Notes under the pieces: model-generated
Database searches by the model: none
What the model was told of the DNA's origin: nothing
The model's input: only the letters and a program-made list of their open reading frames with translations
Position numbers and translations under genes: made by a program
Part shown: one piece after another, positions 47,185 through 55,751 of the stretch
Position numbering within the stretch: the stretch's first letter is position 1
Layout: every line of letters begins with the position of its first letter
IMG/VR virus record: IMGVR_UViG_3300035698_006643
Span: 1-64,000 of that record
Source: a virus
Length of the DNA: 64,000 nucleotides
Direction: 5' to 3' (one strand)

Positions 47185-49494
47185 CTATACAGTGGCCCTC
47201 AGTTTGTAATCAACGAGGAGTTCATTCAGTTTTTGGCACAATGCCATCGGAAGCTGGTCCATACTCTCTTCAAGTATGTAGTCCGGGAAGATGGTACTAA
47301 GGTAACTACAATTCCCGCCAGCCCCCACGCCGATGACGTGGATGCCCATACTTTTGGCTTCATCGCACATCCGGCGGATGATACTGAAGTACCTAGCGTT
47401 CTGTTCAGGGTCAGGGTCAGGATTGCCATAGCCGTAGTACGGAGTACCGTCTGTGATAACGAAGACCACCTTGCGGTCTTCTGGACGATTCATCACCGCT
47501 TTGACCGCCGCTTCTACCCCTTCACAAAGGGGCGTGTACGAATCAGTGCGGGTGCATCCAAGGCGATTCTTGACAGCCTGGTAGGATTCACCCCAATCCT
47601 TGTAGATACGGTAACGGACACCAACCATCCGATGGAACCTTTTGTTCACTTCCTGTAGGTCCATTCCAGGAACAATGCTGTCTACATTATCCCTGGGATT
47701 ATTACCATCCTGGGGGGTTCCCCACCCAAACAGGAACGAAGGGATGTTCACTTGCGACAGCGGCTCAGATAGACTGATTGCGATTTGACGGGCGATATTG
47801 GCATCCATAGACCCCGATTCATCCAGGGACACAGCCACACAAGTGGACTTCTTAGGGGACAGTATCTTCTGTCGGAAGGAACGGGGGTTTTCTTCGGTGA
47901 CGACTCGGTGAGCATTCCTTGGGTCAAATCGTCCCCGGACTTGCTTCCTCACAGTGCGAGACTTTCGCATCCCAAGAAGCGTGTTCACGAACCGCTGTCT
48001 GTAATAGCTGATTTGTTTCAGCACTTCCTGACGTGAAGCTTCATAGGCCGAAGCATCCGTTTCAGTTACGTAGTGGACTTCGTCAAATTCTGTCGTTAAA
48101 GGGTACATCGAAGTCTGACTTGAAGCCTGTCCCTGTGACCCCTTCTGGGATTCTTCGACAAGGTCTGTTAATGCCTTCAGGACATCCCTGCCCCGGACAT
48201 TCAATTCAACTGGAGTCCCAGATTCATCCGTTCCCTCTTCTATCAAGTCTTTGAGTAATTCAGCAACTTTGGACTGGAGGTCCCCTTCAGAAACTCTAGG
48301 ACTGTCACCACTAGAGTTTTCACCCGATTGAGGCCCAGCGTCTGGAGAAGGGCTTGATTGCCCTGAATTGCCCTGTTCTGTTCCTTCAGACCCTGGTTCT
48401 TCGCCCTTTTCTCCCTGTCCTTCGCCCTTTTCTTCCCCTTCATCCTTTGAAGGGTCAGATTCCGTGTCTTTCATCAGGTCGTCAAGCAAGTCATTCAGTG
48501 AATCCGCATCAAGTTCTTCGTCGTCCTTGTTCTCACTATCTCCTTTTTGTCCCTTTCCTTTCCCCCCTTTACCTTTCCCCTTGCTGTCCTGATTGGGGTC
48601 GTCCTCACCGGCACAATCCTGTTCTTCGTCCTGGTCACCAGTACTACTGTCCTCTTGCTGGTCTTGCTGGTCTTCTTTCCTTTTCTGGAACAGGTCGTGA
48701 AGCCGGTTACAAGTCTGCATCACTAAGGCCAGTGTCCCATAGGAAGATTCGGACTTGACCGCATCTGCCAGGATGTCTTCAAAGTTGTCTTTCACGAATT
48801 GAAGTACTGTTGGGGTGTAGTACTCGGATAGGTCAATAGGGTCTGGCTCGTAGTTCACATTCAGTAGCAAGTCTCGGATGCAACAGGATACCTGAGCCAT
48901 TGCCTGACCGTCACCGGTTGCTGGGCTGGACTTTTCAATGGCAAGGATGAATAGAGCCAGTTCCTTTAGCTGCCGTCTGGCCCCACGATGCCTTAGACAT
49001 TCAAGCCGTTCTACCATTTCATCTTCGTAGATGCCCACCCACTTCTGGAAGCCCTGCTTGGAATAGTCAACTTCCTTCTTCCAGTGCATACGGATGAAGG
49101 AATTCAGTTCAGCTTGGTCTAATCTCCCACGCTGACTGAAAAGGCTGTGTGCGATTTCGTGTTTGATGCCACCTTCAAGGGCGTTGATCATCTCCTGGGT
49201 CAAATCGGAATCTGGTGGGGTCCTTGCGATAACGATAGTGTTGTTCCCGTGTGTCTTTACCTGTCGTTGAATCTCTTGTTCTGACAGGAAAGCGATACTT
49301 GATACAGTAGAAGGGCCTGGGAACGCACCGGGGTTGTCCTTCATCCAGGTCTCAATACGCTCACTGAAAGGAAGGAACGTGAAGTCGTTGAAGTTGTAGA
49401 ATTCAACCCCCTGCGAAATCAGCCGCACATCCGCATCAGCCGCAAGGATTCGTGCCACACGTTCATGGGTGTATTCAAAGTATTTACGGGACAT
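47185..49494 (-). CDS. CobT-like VWA-domain protein with N-terminal HExxH motif
   Basis: KHEIAH; acidic linker; MIDAS motifs DESGSM, TP and ITDG. Confidence 0.85.
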   Translation of the reverse strand: MSRKYFEYTHERVARILAADADVRLISQGVEFYNFNDFTFLPFSERIETWMKDNPGAFPGPSTVSSIAFLSEQEIQRQVKTHGNNTIVIARTPPDSDLTQEMINALEGGIKHEIAHSLFSQRGRLDQAELNSFIRMHWKKEVDYSKQGFQKWVGIYEDEMVERLECLRHRGARRQLKELALFILAIEKSSPATGDGQAMAQVSCCIRDLLLNVNYEPDPIDLSEYYTPTVLQFVKDNFEDILADAVKSESSYGTLALVMQTCNRLHDLFQKRKEDQQDQQEDSSTGDQDEEQDCAGEDDPNQDSKGKGKGGKGKGQKGDSENKDDEELDADSLNDLLDDLMKDTESDPSKDEGEEKGEGQGEKGEEPGSEGTEQGNSGQSSPSPDAGPQSGENSSGDSPRVSEGDLQSKVAELLKDLIEEGTDESGTPVELNVRGRDVLKALTDLVEESQKGSQGQASSQTSMYPLTTEFDEVHYVTETDASAYEASRQEVLKQISYYRQRFVNTLLGMRKSRTVRKQVRGRFDPRNAHRVVTEENPRSFRQKILSPKKSTCVAVSLDESGSMDANIARQIAISLSEPLSQVNIPSFLFGWGTPQDGNNPRDNVDSIVPGMDLQEVNKRFHRMVGVRYRIYKDWGESYQAVKNRLGCTRTDSYTPLCEGVEAAVKAVMNRPEDRKVVFVITDGTPYYGYGNPDPDPEQNARYFSIIRRMCDEAKSMGIHVIGVGAGGNCSYLSTIFPDYILEESMDQLPMALCQKLNELLVDYKLRATV

Positions 49495-49503
49495 AGGGGT
49501 CTC

Positions 49504-50667
49504 CTAGAAGTTGCTTTCAACGAGCCGCTTCAAGATTTCACGGGTTTCACCGGAGTACCAATCCAGAATCGTTTGAGAAGCCGCTTCCCTAGCCAGTTCG
49601 TCAAGATTCTGGGAAGAACCTGAGTCCTTCGTGAAGTCGAACAAGTCTTCCAGAGCCTCCAGAAAATTTACCATCGGGCGATGACCGAAGTTGATTAGGA
49701 TAGACTTGTCGTCAATGGCCTGACGGATGTCATTGGAAAGGCCAATCAAACTGGACAGAATCCCCGGCATCTTGGCTTCAATGTTTGGGAACTTGTGTGT
49801 CAGAATCTTTCGCTCGAATTCCTCTGACATATATTCCATTTTTACGACTCGATGGTACCGGTCGAGAAGGGACGTGTCTTGAACTTCCACAGAAGAAAAC
49901 AGACCCGTATCATCCCCCCGTCCACTAGAGTTAGCCGTTGCCCAGATTACAGTTTCAGGGTGAACATCAACCCACGTGTTGCACTCAGGGATGAACGCTT
50001 GACGGGCTTCTGAATCAAGAATCGACCGAAGCACTTCTGCAATGGCAGCGGGGGCCCTATCAGCATCATCCATCACAATGAAGACTGGACGACGTTTCCC
50101 GGTCACAGGGTCCAATCTGCCTTGAAGGTCTTCGGCCAATGTCCCCAACTTAGGAACGGTTGTCCCTTCAACGACTTCGATAGTCCCCAGTGTGATTTCG
50201 ATGTCCAGATTGTCACGAAGATTGTAGAGGCTGAACTCGTAGTTCAAGTCAGCAGCAATAGCCCGACCCATAGCCGTCTTACCTGTACCGGCTGCCCCCC
50301 AGACATAGATGTTTCGGGGCTGACCAGCCTGACAGCGTTTCAGCATCAACGCTGCAATGCGGGCTTGATTAGGCGGATATTCATACATTGACGGACGCTT
50401 TGACCCACGGAGAACTGATGCGGGACTTTTCTTCAACCGGACACCAGCAATGCTAATCGTGTCTTTGTAACGTTTAGACCCTTCGCGTTTGGGTGCCTTT
50501 TGGAAGTGTTGTTTTTTGGCTTCATCCGTTGCCCAAGGGGCTCCAGGATAGGAATCAACGTATTGACTAACGGACATTGAATGTTCCGTTCGTAGGTGGT
50601 CTACGAGAACTGGGCTTTCAAAGTCGCACCCAGGTACCCGACATTTGACTGTTTTCATTGTAGGCAT
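49504..50667 (-). CDS. CobS/MoxR-like AAA+ ATPase with N-terminal Zn finger
   Basis: GAAGTGKT, MDDAD, ATANS, LDRY; CRVPGC..H..H. Confidence 0.85.
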   Translation of the reverse strand: MPTMKTVKCRVPGCDFESPVLVDHLRTEHSMSVSQYVDSYPGAPWATDEAKKQHFQKAPKREGSKRYKDTISIAGVRLKKSPASVLRGSKRPSMYEYPPNQARIAALMLKRCQAGQPRNIYVWGAAGTGKTAMGRAIAADLNYEFSLYNLRDNLDIEITLGTIEVVEGTTVPKLGTLAEDLQGRLDPVTGKRRPVFIVMDDADRAPAAIAEVLRSILDSEARQAFIPECNTWVDVHPETVIWATANSSGRGDDTGLFSSVEVQDTSLLDRYHRVVKMEYMSEEFERKILTHKFPNIEAKMPGILSSLIGLSNDIRQAIDDKSILINFGHRPMVNFLEALEDLFDFTKDSGSSQNLDELAREAASQTILDWYSGETREILKRLVESNF

Positions 50668-50690
50668 TGAACCCTTCTGGTTGTTCTATA

Positions 50691-50721
50691 GTAGATACAC
50701 TCTGGCTCTGGAGTTATGCCC
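50691..50721 (-). promoter_or_regulatory. Conserved promoter/operator element, copy 1
   Basis: GGGCATAACTC-n6-CAGAGTGTATCTAC, near-identical to 56611-56641. Confidence 0.65.
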
Positions 50722-50726
50722 TATTT

Positions 50727-51404
50727 TTAGAGCAGGGGGAATACCGGGATGGAGTTCATCTTCTTGTCTTCGAGTTTGAAGCAAGTCTGGGCGGCGTCAA
50801 TCAGTGCCTGAAGGTCCATGACTACGTCTTCCAGGCACAAGTAGTAAGATTGAGCCCCACGGTACAGTATAACTGGGACAGTCAGGGATGCCGGCAATAG
50901 GAGCTTGTACTGGAAGGACGCCTGACTGAATATGAAAGTGTGGTAGCTTGCCCCGAGGGTCTCTTCCTCAAAGATACCGGCGTACCCCCAGTCAGACCGT
51001 TTCTCAAGGAACTGAACAAACCTTTTCCAGAACTCCAGCTTGAAAATCGGGATGACACAGATGGCACTCCCCATCTTGAAAAGCTTTTCACTGTCAGGCT
51101 GTGCTTGTAAGTGGATAATGGGCTAACCTTCCAGTTCGTAGACCAGGCGGTCTACTAGTAGGTACCAGAGTGCTATCGCCCGTTCTTCACCCATTTCATT
51201 CTGGATGTAGGGGCTTCTAGCCCGTTCAATCAACTTCTGATAAAACCAGACGGTCAGACGTTCTTCAACCCTTGCCCCGTACCCAATGAAGCTGGCACAG
51301 AAAAGAACAATCGAACAGAGGACAGTCAGTACTAACCGATAGGCCAGTAGTCCGCTAGGAAGTTCAATCCCTTTCATCAAAGCTGTAGCTGTTTTATGGT
51401 CCAT
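50727..51404 (-). CDS. Hypothetical protein with in-frame TAG at 51123-51125 (alternatively two genes)
   Basis: ORFs 51123-51404 and 50727-51074 are in the same frame and separated only by one TAG; the downstream ATG has no recognisable RBS. Confidence 0.5.
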
Positions 51405-51477
51405 AAACCTTCAACCTCCATCCTATCATACAGAGGAAACTTGAGGTTTAGCGATTATTGGGCCTGGGAATGGGCGA

Positions 51478-52374
51478 TTAGTCGCTGACTAGGTCGAAGA
51501 ATTCTTCAAGCTGTCCTTCCCTTTGAAGTGACTTGATGACGACGTCGATGATGTTTTGAACCTTGTCCCTGACCTTGCGGGCACGGTTTCGGACTGTCCT
51601 CCAATCCTTAACCTCTATATCTTCATTCAGTCGAATCAGTTCCTTGGCAGCCTGTGAAGTTGTCATCCCGTTCTCAAAGACCAATTCAAAAAGCTTCAGG
51701 TACGAAATCGTGATTCCAGACTTCGTCTTGTTCTCTTCTTCACGGTCTCTTCGGATAAGGTCTTTGTAGATGTTGTCTACGACACTTCTCCACGCCGGGT
51801 GCTTCCACCAGTCTTTCTGCTTGATTCCTTTCTCCTGTGTGTCGTCGAGTACCTTTTCGACGACCTGGAGCATCAGCCTTTCATCCGGGTGGCCTTCGTC
51901 ATTCTTTACTGTGTCCAGACTAACTTCCTTACGTACCTTGACCCCTTCGTTCTTCAAATAGGTGTAAGCGGCGTTCTTCATAGCGACTAGGACATACGCC
52001 TTTGCATCAGCGAAATCCTTGCCGTCCAGATTTGACTGGAGATGGTGGAATTTTGTCCCCAGGAATTCAGTCAGTTTGTTCTGGATGATTTCTTCAGCAA
52101 TGTCAGTCCGTTGGGAAATCTTGACTACGGTATTGAAAATTTGGTTCCCGAAGTTCCGGATGTCAGGGTGCTTGCGGTCGATACGTCCGTTTGGAAGGGT
52201 GGGTACAATGACACCAGCCCGTTGGAGGACTTTGGCGATACCCAACCCGAGGCTGTTGTATGTTGTTGATGCCAACATATCGGAGTACGCAATCCTTAGC
52301 CGCATAGGTTCTGGAATTGACGCCCATTTTTCCATAGCGGCTTCACGAAGACAGAAAGCATTGACTTGGTTCAT
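51478..52374 (-). CDS. Sigma-factor-like protein with N-terminal extension
   Basis: Region 2-like AEEIIQ..AKAYVLVAMKNAAYTYLK..VSLD and region 4-like GMTTSQAAKEL..RTVRNR. Confidence 0.6.
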   Translation of the reverse strand: MNQVNAFCLREAAMEKWASIPEPMRLRIAYSDMLASTTYNSLGLGIAKVLQRAGVIVPTLPNGRIDRKHPDIRNFGNQIFNTVVKISQRTDIAEEIIQNKLTEFLGTKFHHLQSNLDGKDFADAKAYVLVAMKNAAYTYLKNEGVKVRKEVSLDTVKNDEGHPDERLMLQVVEKVLDDTQEKGIKQKDWWKHPAWRSVVDNIYKDLIRRDREEENKTKSGITISYLKLFELVFENGMTTSQAAKELIRLNEDIEVKDWRTVRNRARKVRDKVQNIIDVVIKSLQREGQLEEFFDLVSD

Positions 52375-52398
52375 AGCAACCCTCCACTAGAAGGGAGG

Positions 52399-52416
52399 CT
52401 ATAAATAGACAACTAA
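52399..52416 (-). promoter_or_regulatory. Putative late promoter (TTAGTTGTCTATTTATAG)
   Basis: Recurring motif 25 nt upstream of ATG. Confidence 0.5.
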
Positions 52417-52976
52417 ACTGTCAAGGCGTCTTGTATCGCCAGACGGCTCTTTTCTACGGTTTTGATGGGAACCTTGAGGTCCATGGCAATCTGCCGAGAC
52501 GTCTTTCCTTCAAGGATGTCCTGAAGAATCGTAGTCCCGTACTTGATACCCAGTGTCCGGACCCTTGCGAAAGTGTCCTTCACAATCAACTTTTCGAGGG
52601 GGTCGTCTTTCGTCGAAACCCCGTAGTACTCGTAACTAGAACCACCATCACCAGCATCATAGCCATCAGTGGTCAGGGCGAAAGTGTTGGGATTCCGATT
52701 GATTTTCGACATCTGATTCAGGAGATGATTTCGGACTGTGGTAATGAGGTAGGCTCTGAAGGGTCTGGATTTCCGACCTTCAATCACCCATTCCTCATTC
52801 AGGATGTGGTACCGCCCGATAATATCGTTGTCGATAAGGCGGGTCACAACATCCTGGAACATATCATCAACCGCCGAATTCCAGATTCGGTGTCGAAAGA
52901 TCACGCTCTTGATGCAGCCGGTGTACATTTGAACGAGCTCTGTGTAGTTTTGAGGTAGGTCACGGTAGATTTCCAT
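52413..52976 (-). CDS. ECF-like sigma factor
   Basis: VDDMFQDV, FRAYLITTVRNHLLN, EGKTSRQIAMDLKVPIKTV. Confidence 0.8.
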   Translation of the reverse strand: MEIYRDLPQNYTELVQMYTGCIKSVIFRHRIWNSAVDDMFQDVVTRLIDNDIIGRYHILNEEWVIEGRKSRPFRAYLITTVRNHLLNQMSKINRNPNTFALTTDGYDAGDGGSSYEYYGVSTKDDPLEKLIVKDTFARVRTLGIKYGTTILQDILEGKTSRQIAMDLKVPIKTVEKSRLAIQDALTV

Positions 52977-53086
52977 CTGTTTCCCCCAGTGCTGGGGCTG
53001 TGCAAGATGCAGAGCCCGAGTCTGTTTCAGTTAGGCCGAACAGTGGTTCTTTGAACCGGGTCGGCCAGGGTTCAACTTAAATACAC

Positions 53087-53305
53087 CTAGTTTTCAGTCT
53101 GTGCCCTATAAACTTCATTCCGGCAAACGACATCGGACCAATTCAGTCCCAATGAGTTGACCGTATCACGAAGGCGGGAATAGGACGCATGGTCCCGCTT
53201 CAGTTTTTCTCGGATGGAAGTATAAGGGAGGTTCCGGAGCCGACACTCTTTGTGGAGCGACGTCTGCTTTTCCAGTAGCATTGCTCTTACGGTATGGTAA
53301 ACCAT
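53087..53305 (-). CDS. Small putative HTH protein
   Basis: GGGGAG RBS; upstream TTGACA-17-TAGTTT promoter-like site. Confidence 0.5.
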   Translation of the reverse strand: MVYHTVRAMLLEKQTSLHKECRLRNLPYTSIREKLKRDHASYSRLRDTVNSLGLNWSDVVCRNEVYRAQTEN

Positions 53306-53377
53306 TATCTCCCCCCCTACCCGCACAAACTACTGGGTAGGTACGAAGGTGTCAAGGAAAAAGAAAGGGAGATGGTA

Positions 53378-54256
53378 TCAGATGAAATTGAGTGTCATTT
53401 GGTAGGCCGCTACCCCGCCACTACCCCGAACAAGTAGCTGCTTCGTAGCCCCCGATTCTCGGGCTAGAAACTCACCGGCTGGAATCAGGAATTCGTCACC
53501 TTCATCGTCATAGGCAACGTAGATGTCATTCAAGCTCAGGTTCTCAAGACGTATCCACCAGATTTGTCTGGGGAACACAATTAACTGACTGTCTGCGATG
53601 GTAGCCCCATTAGGGGCTGTCCCCTGAACCAACAGCACAGGAGCAGCGGTACGACCAATCAGTGAGTCAGTGACCATGTAGATTGCTTCACTGTAGGTTT
53701 CGGTTTCATAGACCTGGTAGGTATTGTTCAAGGAAGGGGCTGGAAGGGCCGGAGCCCCCGAAGTAGTAATCAGCGTCCCTAAAGCCGCTGCGATTGGGTA
53801 AGTCGTGATCACTGTTCCGAGTCCTTCCCCGACAAGCAATGTGTCTGTAGCTACCACTCCCAGGGCCGCAAAGTCTTTGCCAGGGCCTACAAAGGTATTC
53901 GCCCCTGTAATTGAGCCAGCTAAGGCCGCACCAGCGTACCGCTGGGGGGTAAGTTTCGTCACCTTCAGATAGAAGGTATGGTCAACGTCCAACGAATAGG
54001 TCGCTGGTGCAAAGATGAAGGAACAGCCTTTCTTACGGGCTGCCCCACAGATTTCCTGGGCGGCTTGCTTCACGCTATTCTGGTCAACAAAACCGTAGTT
54101 GCTGTGGAACCTCTTGATTTCAGTGTACGAACCACTGAGGGTCTGACTTGCTTCTACGATGTAGATGACGCCGGGGGTCGTATGGTCATTGAATAGGAGT
54201 TCAATAACACCCCGAGCTTTCGTCAGGTTGTTGTAGGGCTGTGTCAGTTGAAGCAT
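53378..54256 (-). CDS. Probable virion structural protein
   Basis: 292 aa, Gly/Ala/Thr-rich beta pattern; downstream of a late-promoter motif. Confidence 0.55.
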   Translation of the reverse strand: MLQLTQPYNNLTKARGVIELLFNDHTTPGVIYIVEASQTLSGSYTEIKRFHSNYGFVDQNSVKQAAQEICGAARKKGCSFIFAPATYSLDVDHTFYLKVTKLTPQRYAGAALAGSITGANTFVGPGKDFAALGVVATDTLLVGEGLGTVITTYPIAAALGTLITTSGAPALPAPSLNNTYQVYETETYSEAIYMVTDSLIGRTAAPVLLVQGTAPNGATIADSQLIVFPRQIWWIRLENLSLNDIYVAYDDEGDEFLIPAGEFLARESGATKQLLVRGSGGVAAYQMTLNFI

Positions 54257-54266
54257 TGGTTCCCTC

Positions 54267-54563
54267 TTAGGCCGTCACTTTCCATTTGCCACCACGGTAG
54301 GTCAGTTCAGCGAATCACGTCTGCGTCTGGTTCGTCACAATGAGTTCTGTCCAACCTTTGTAATTCCGGTACTCTTCCGGGGTTCCGTAGGGCCCTCGAG
54401 CACCTTCAGACATATCCAACGGTGGATTTTCAGGGTTGTTCTTGACGATTTCTTTCAAGGCTTTCTTCGTCTTTGCCTTGCTGTAGATTGCTAGATTCAG
54501 CGTCGGGGAGTACCCGGCCATTTTCCGTGAAGCGACCCGATTAGCGATAGTAGAGCAATTCAT
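54267..54563 (-). CDS. Small protein with in-frame TGA at 54315-54317
   Basis: After the TGA the frame continues FAELTYRGGKWKVTA to a TAA next to the following RBS (98 aa with readthrough). Confidence 0.65.
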
Positions 54564-54591
54564 TAGGAACCTCCTTGCTACCAGTCCCCAG

Positions 54592-54609
54592 TTATAAACG
54601 AAGTATGAA
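54592..54609 (-). promoter_or_regulatory. Putative late promoter (TTCATACTTCGTTTATAA)
   Basis: Recurring motif 29 nt upstream of ATG. Confidence 0.5.
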
Positions 54610-54610
54610 G

Positions 54611-55120
54611 TCAGGCTTCGATGAAGATGTTCTGCCAGATGGTCGTTTCCATATCAGCGATAGCGTTCCTTGTCCTGGGTAGGCTCCAGGCCAACTGTCG
54701 AGAAATCTCAGTATCTGATTTCTGTTCGCACCACCGTAATCGGAAAAGGAAACGGAATAGGAAGGTCGGGGCTAGGAAAGCGTCGATTTGGTGTACCACT
54801 TCTCGGTTTTCAAATCCCTTCATCATCTCTTCGTGCCACACGTCCATTTTTCGCTCGGAAGTGTTGCACAGTACTTCCTTCGAGTAGCGTCGGTTGTGTC
54901 GATTAAGATTCAAAGCCGTAGACCGGGCGACCATATAGATGTACGACGACGGCTTCATCCCACGGGCGGTATCAAATGAATTAGACCCCTTGTTTTTCTT
55001 CAAAAGGGCTACACAGACTTCCTGAATCAAATCCTCTGGGGGGATGCCATAGGTTCGGAACCTCTTGTGGACCATTCGTACCACGTCAGGATAGTAGGTA
55101 TTCAAGTCTATGCCCGCCAA
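54611..55120 (-). CDS. ECF-like sigma factor
   Basis: PEDLIQEV, FDTARG..SSYIYMVARS, KSDTEISRQL. Confidence 0.8.
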   Translation of the reverse strand: MAGIDLNTYYPDVVRMVHKRFRTYGIPPEDLIQEVCVALLKKNKGSNSFDTARGMKPSSYIYMVARSTALNLNRHNRRYSKEVLCNTSERKMDVWHEEMMKGFENREVVHQIDAFLAPTFLFRFLFRLRWCEQKSDTEISRQLAWSLPRTRNAIADMETTIWQNIFIEA

Positions 55121-55187
55121 TTTTTCCCCCTCTATACCTGTTTTCTACACGTCTGGGTGGGGTTGGGTCAAGAGAAAAATCCCCACT

Positions 55188-55216
55188 TTCCAAAACAATA
55201 GTTGAAATGGTATAAT
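55188..55216 (+). promoter_or_regulatory. Sigma70-type promoter on the + strand with no downstream ORF
   Basis: TTCCAA-17 bp-TATAAT with TGn extended -10. Confidence 0.6.
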
Positions 55217-55222
55217 AGGGTC

Positions 55223-55361
55223 TAGACTGGCACGCTAAACTTTGGATCGACCCGGTGGTCTAGCTACCAGCCGGCGACACTGAAGTCTTCAGCGAACGGT
55301 GTGAGTAACCAGCCGCCAGGAATGGTACTTGGCCAGTCGTCCAGCACGGGACGGCTGGCCT
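55223..55361 (+). ncRNA. Candidate structured small RNA
   Basis: GC-rich non-coding stretch between that promoter and a 12-bp terminal hairpin (55331-55360); family not recognised. Confidence 0.4.
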
Positions 55362-55751
55362 CTATTCGTTAATGTCACCGATGATGATGTAATTGGGTTT
55401 GCATAGCGGGTTAGAATCTAAGAAGAAGGTGTACCACAGAATCGTGGTCATTATCGGGTTGTCCGTGTACACCGGTGAATCCCCGATCCAAATGCGATGA
55501 ACTTTACTACCACCTACCGGGAAATCAATCCGTTCCTGATTGCGGTTGTGGACAACCTTACAGGGTTTCAGTCCAGTATCGTTCAGTATGAACCAGTTCT
55601 TGATGGTCACGATGTCCTGACTGTGGCAGAGAACTAGTGACTGCCAGACCCGTGACCCTTCTTGCAGGATTGAGTCCTTGATACCTTGTAGAAGTATCGG
55701 GACAGAAGGGTCCCACCAATCAGGTTCTAGGTTTACTTGAGCCATACCCAC
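55362..55751 (-). CDS. Hypothetical protein
   Basis: 129-aa ORF. Confidence 0.55.
   Translation of the reverse strand: MGMAQVNLEPDWWDPSVPILLQGIKDSILQEGSRVWQSLVLCHSQDIVTIKNWFILNDTGLKPCKVVHNRNQERIDFPVGGSKVHRIWIGDSPVYTDNPIMTTILWYTFFLDSNPLCKPNYIIIGDINE

Noticed and set aside
55218-55361. Known riboswitch or ribozyme (ZTP, HDV-like, pistol, hammerhead)
   Set aside because: Only superficial similarity; the conserved core nucleotides could not be matched by eye.
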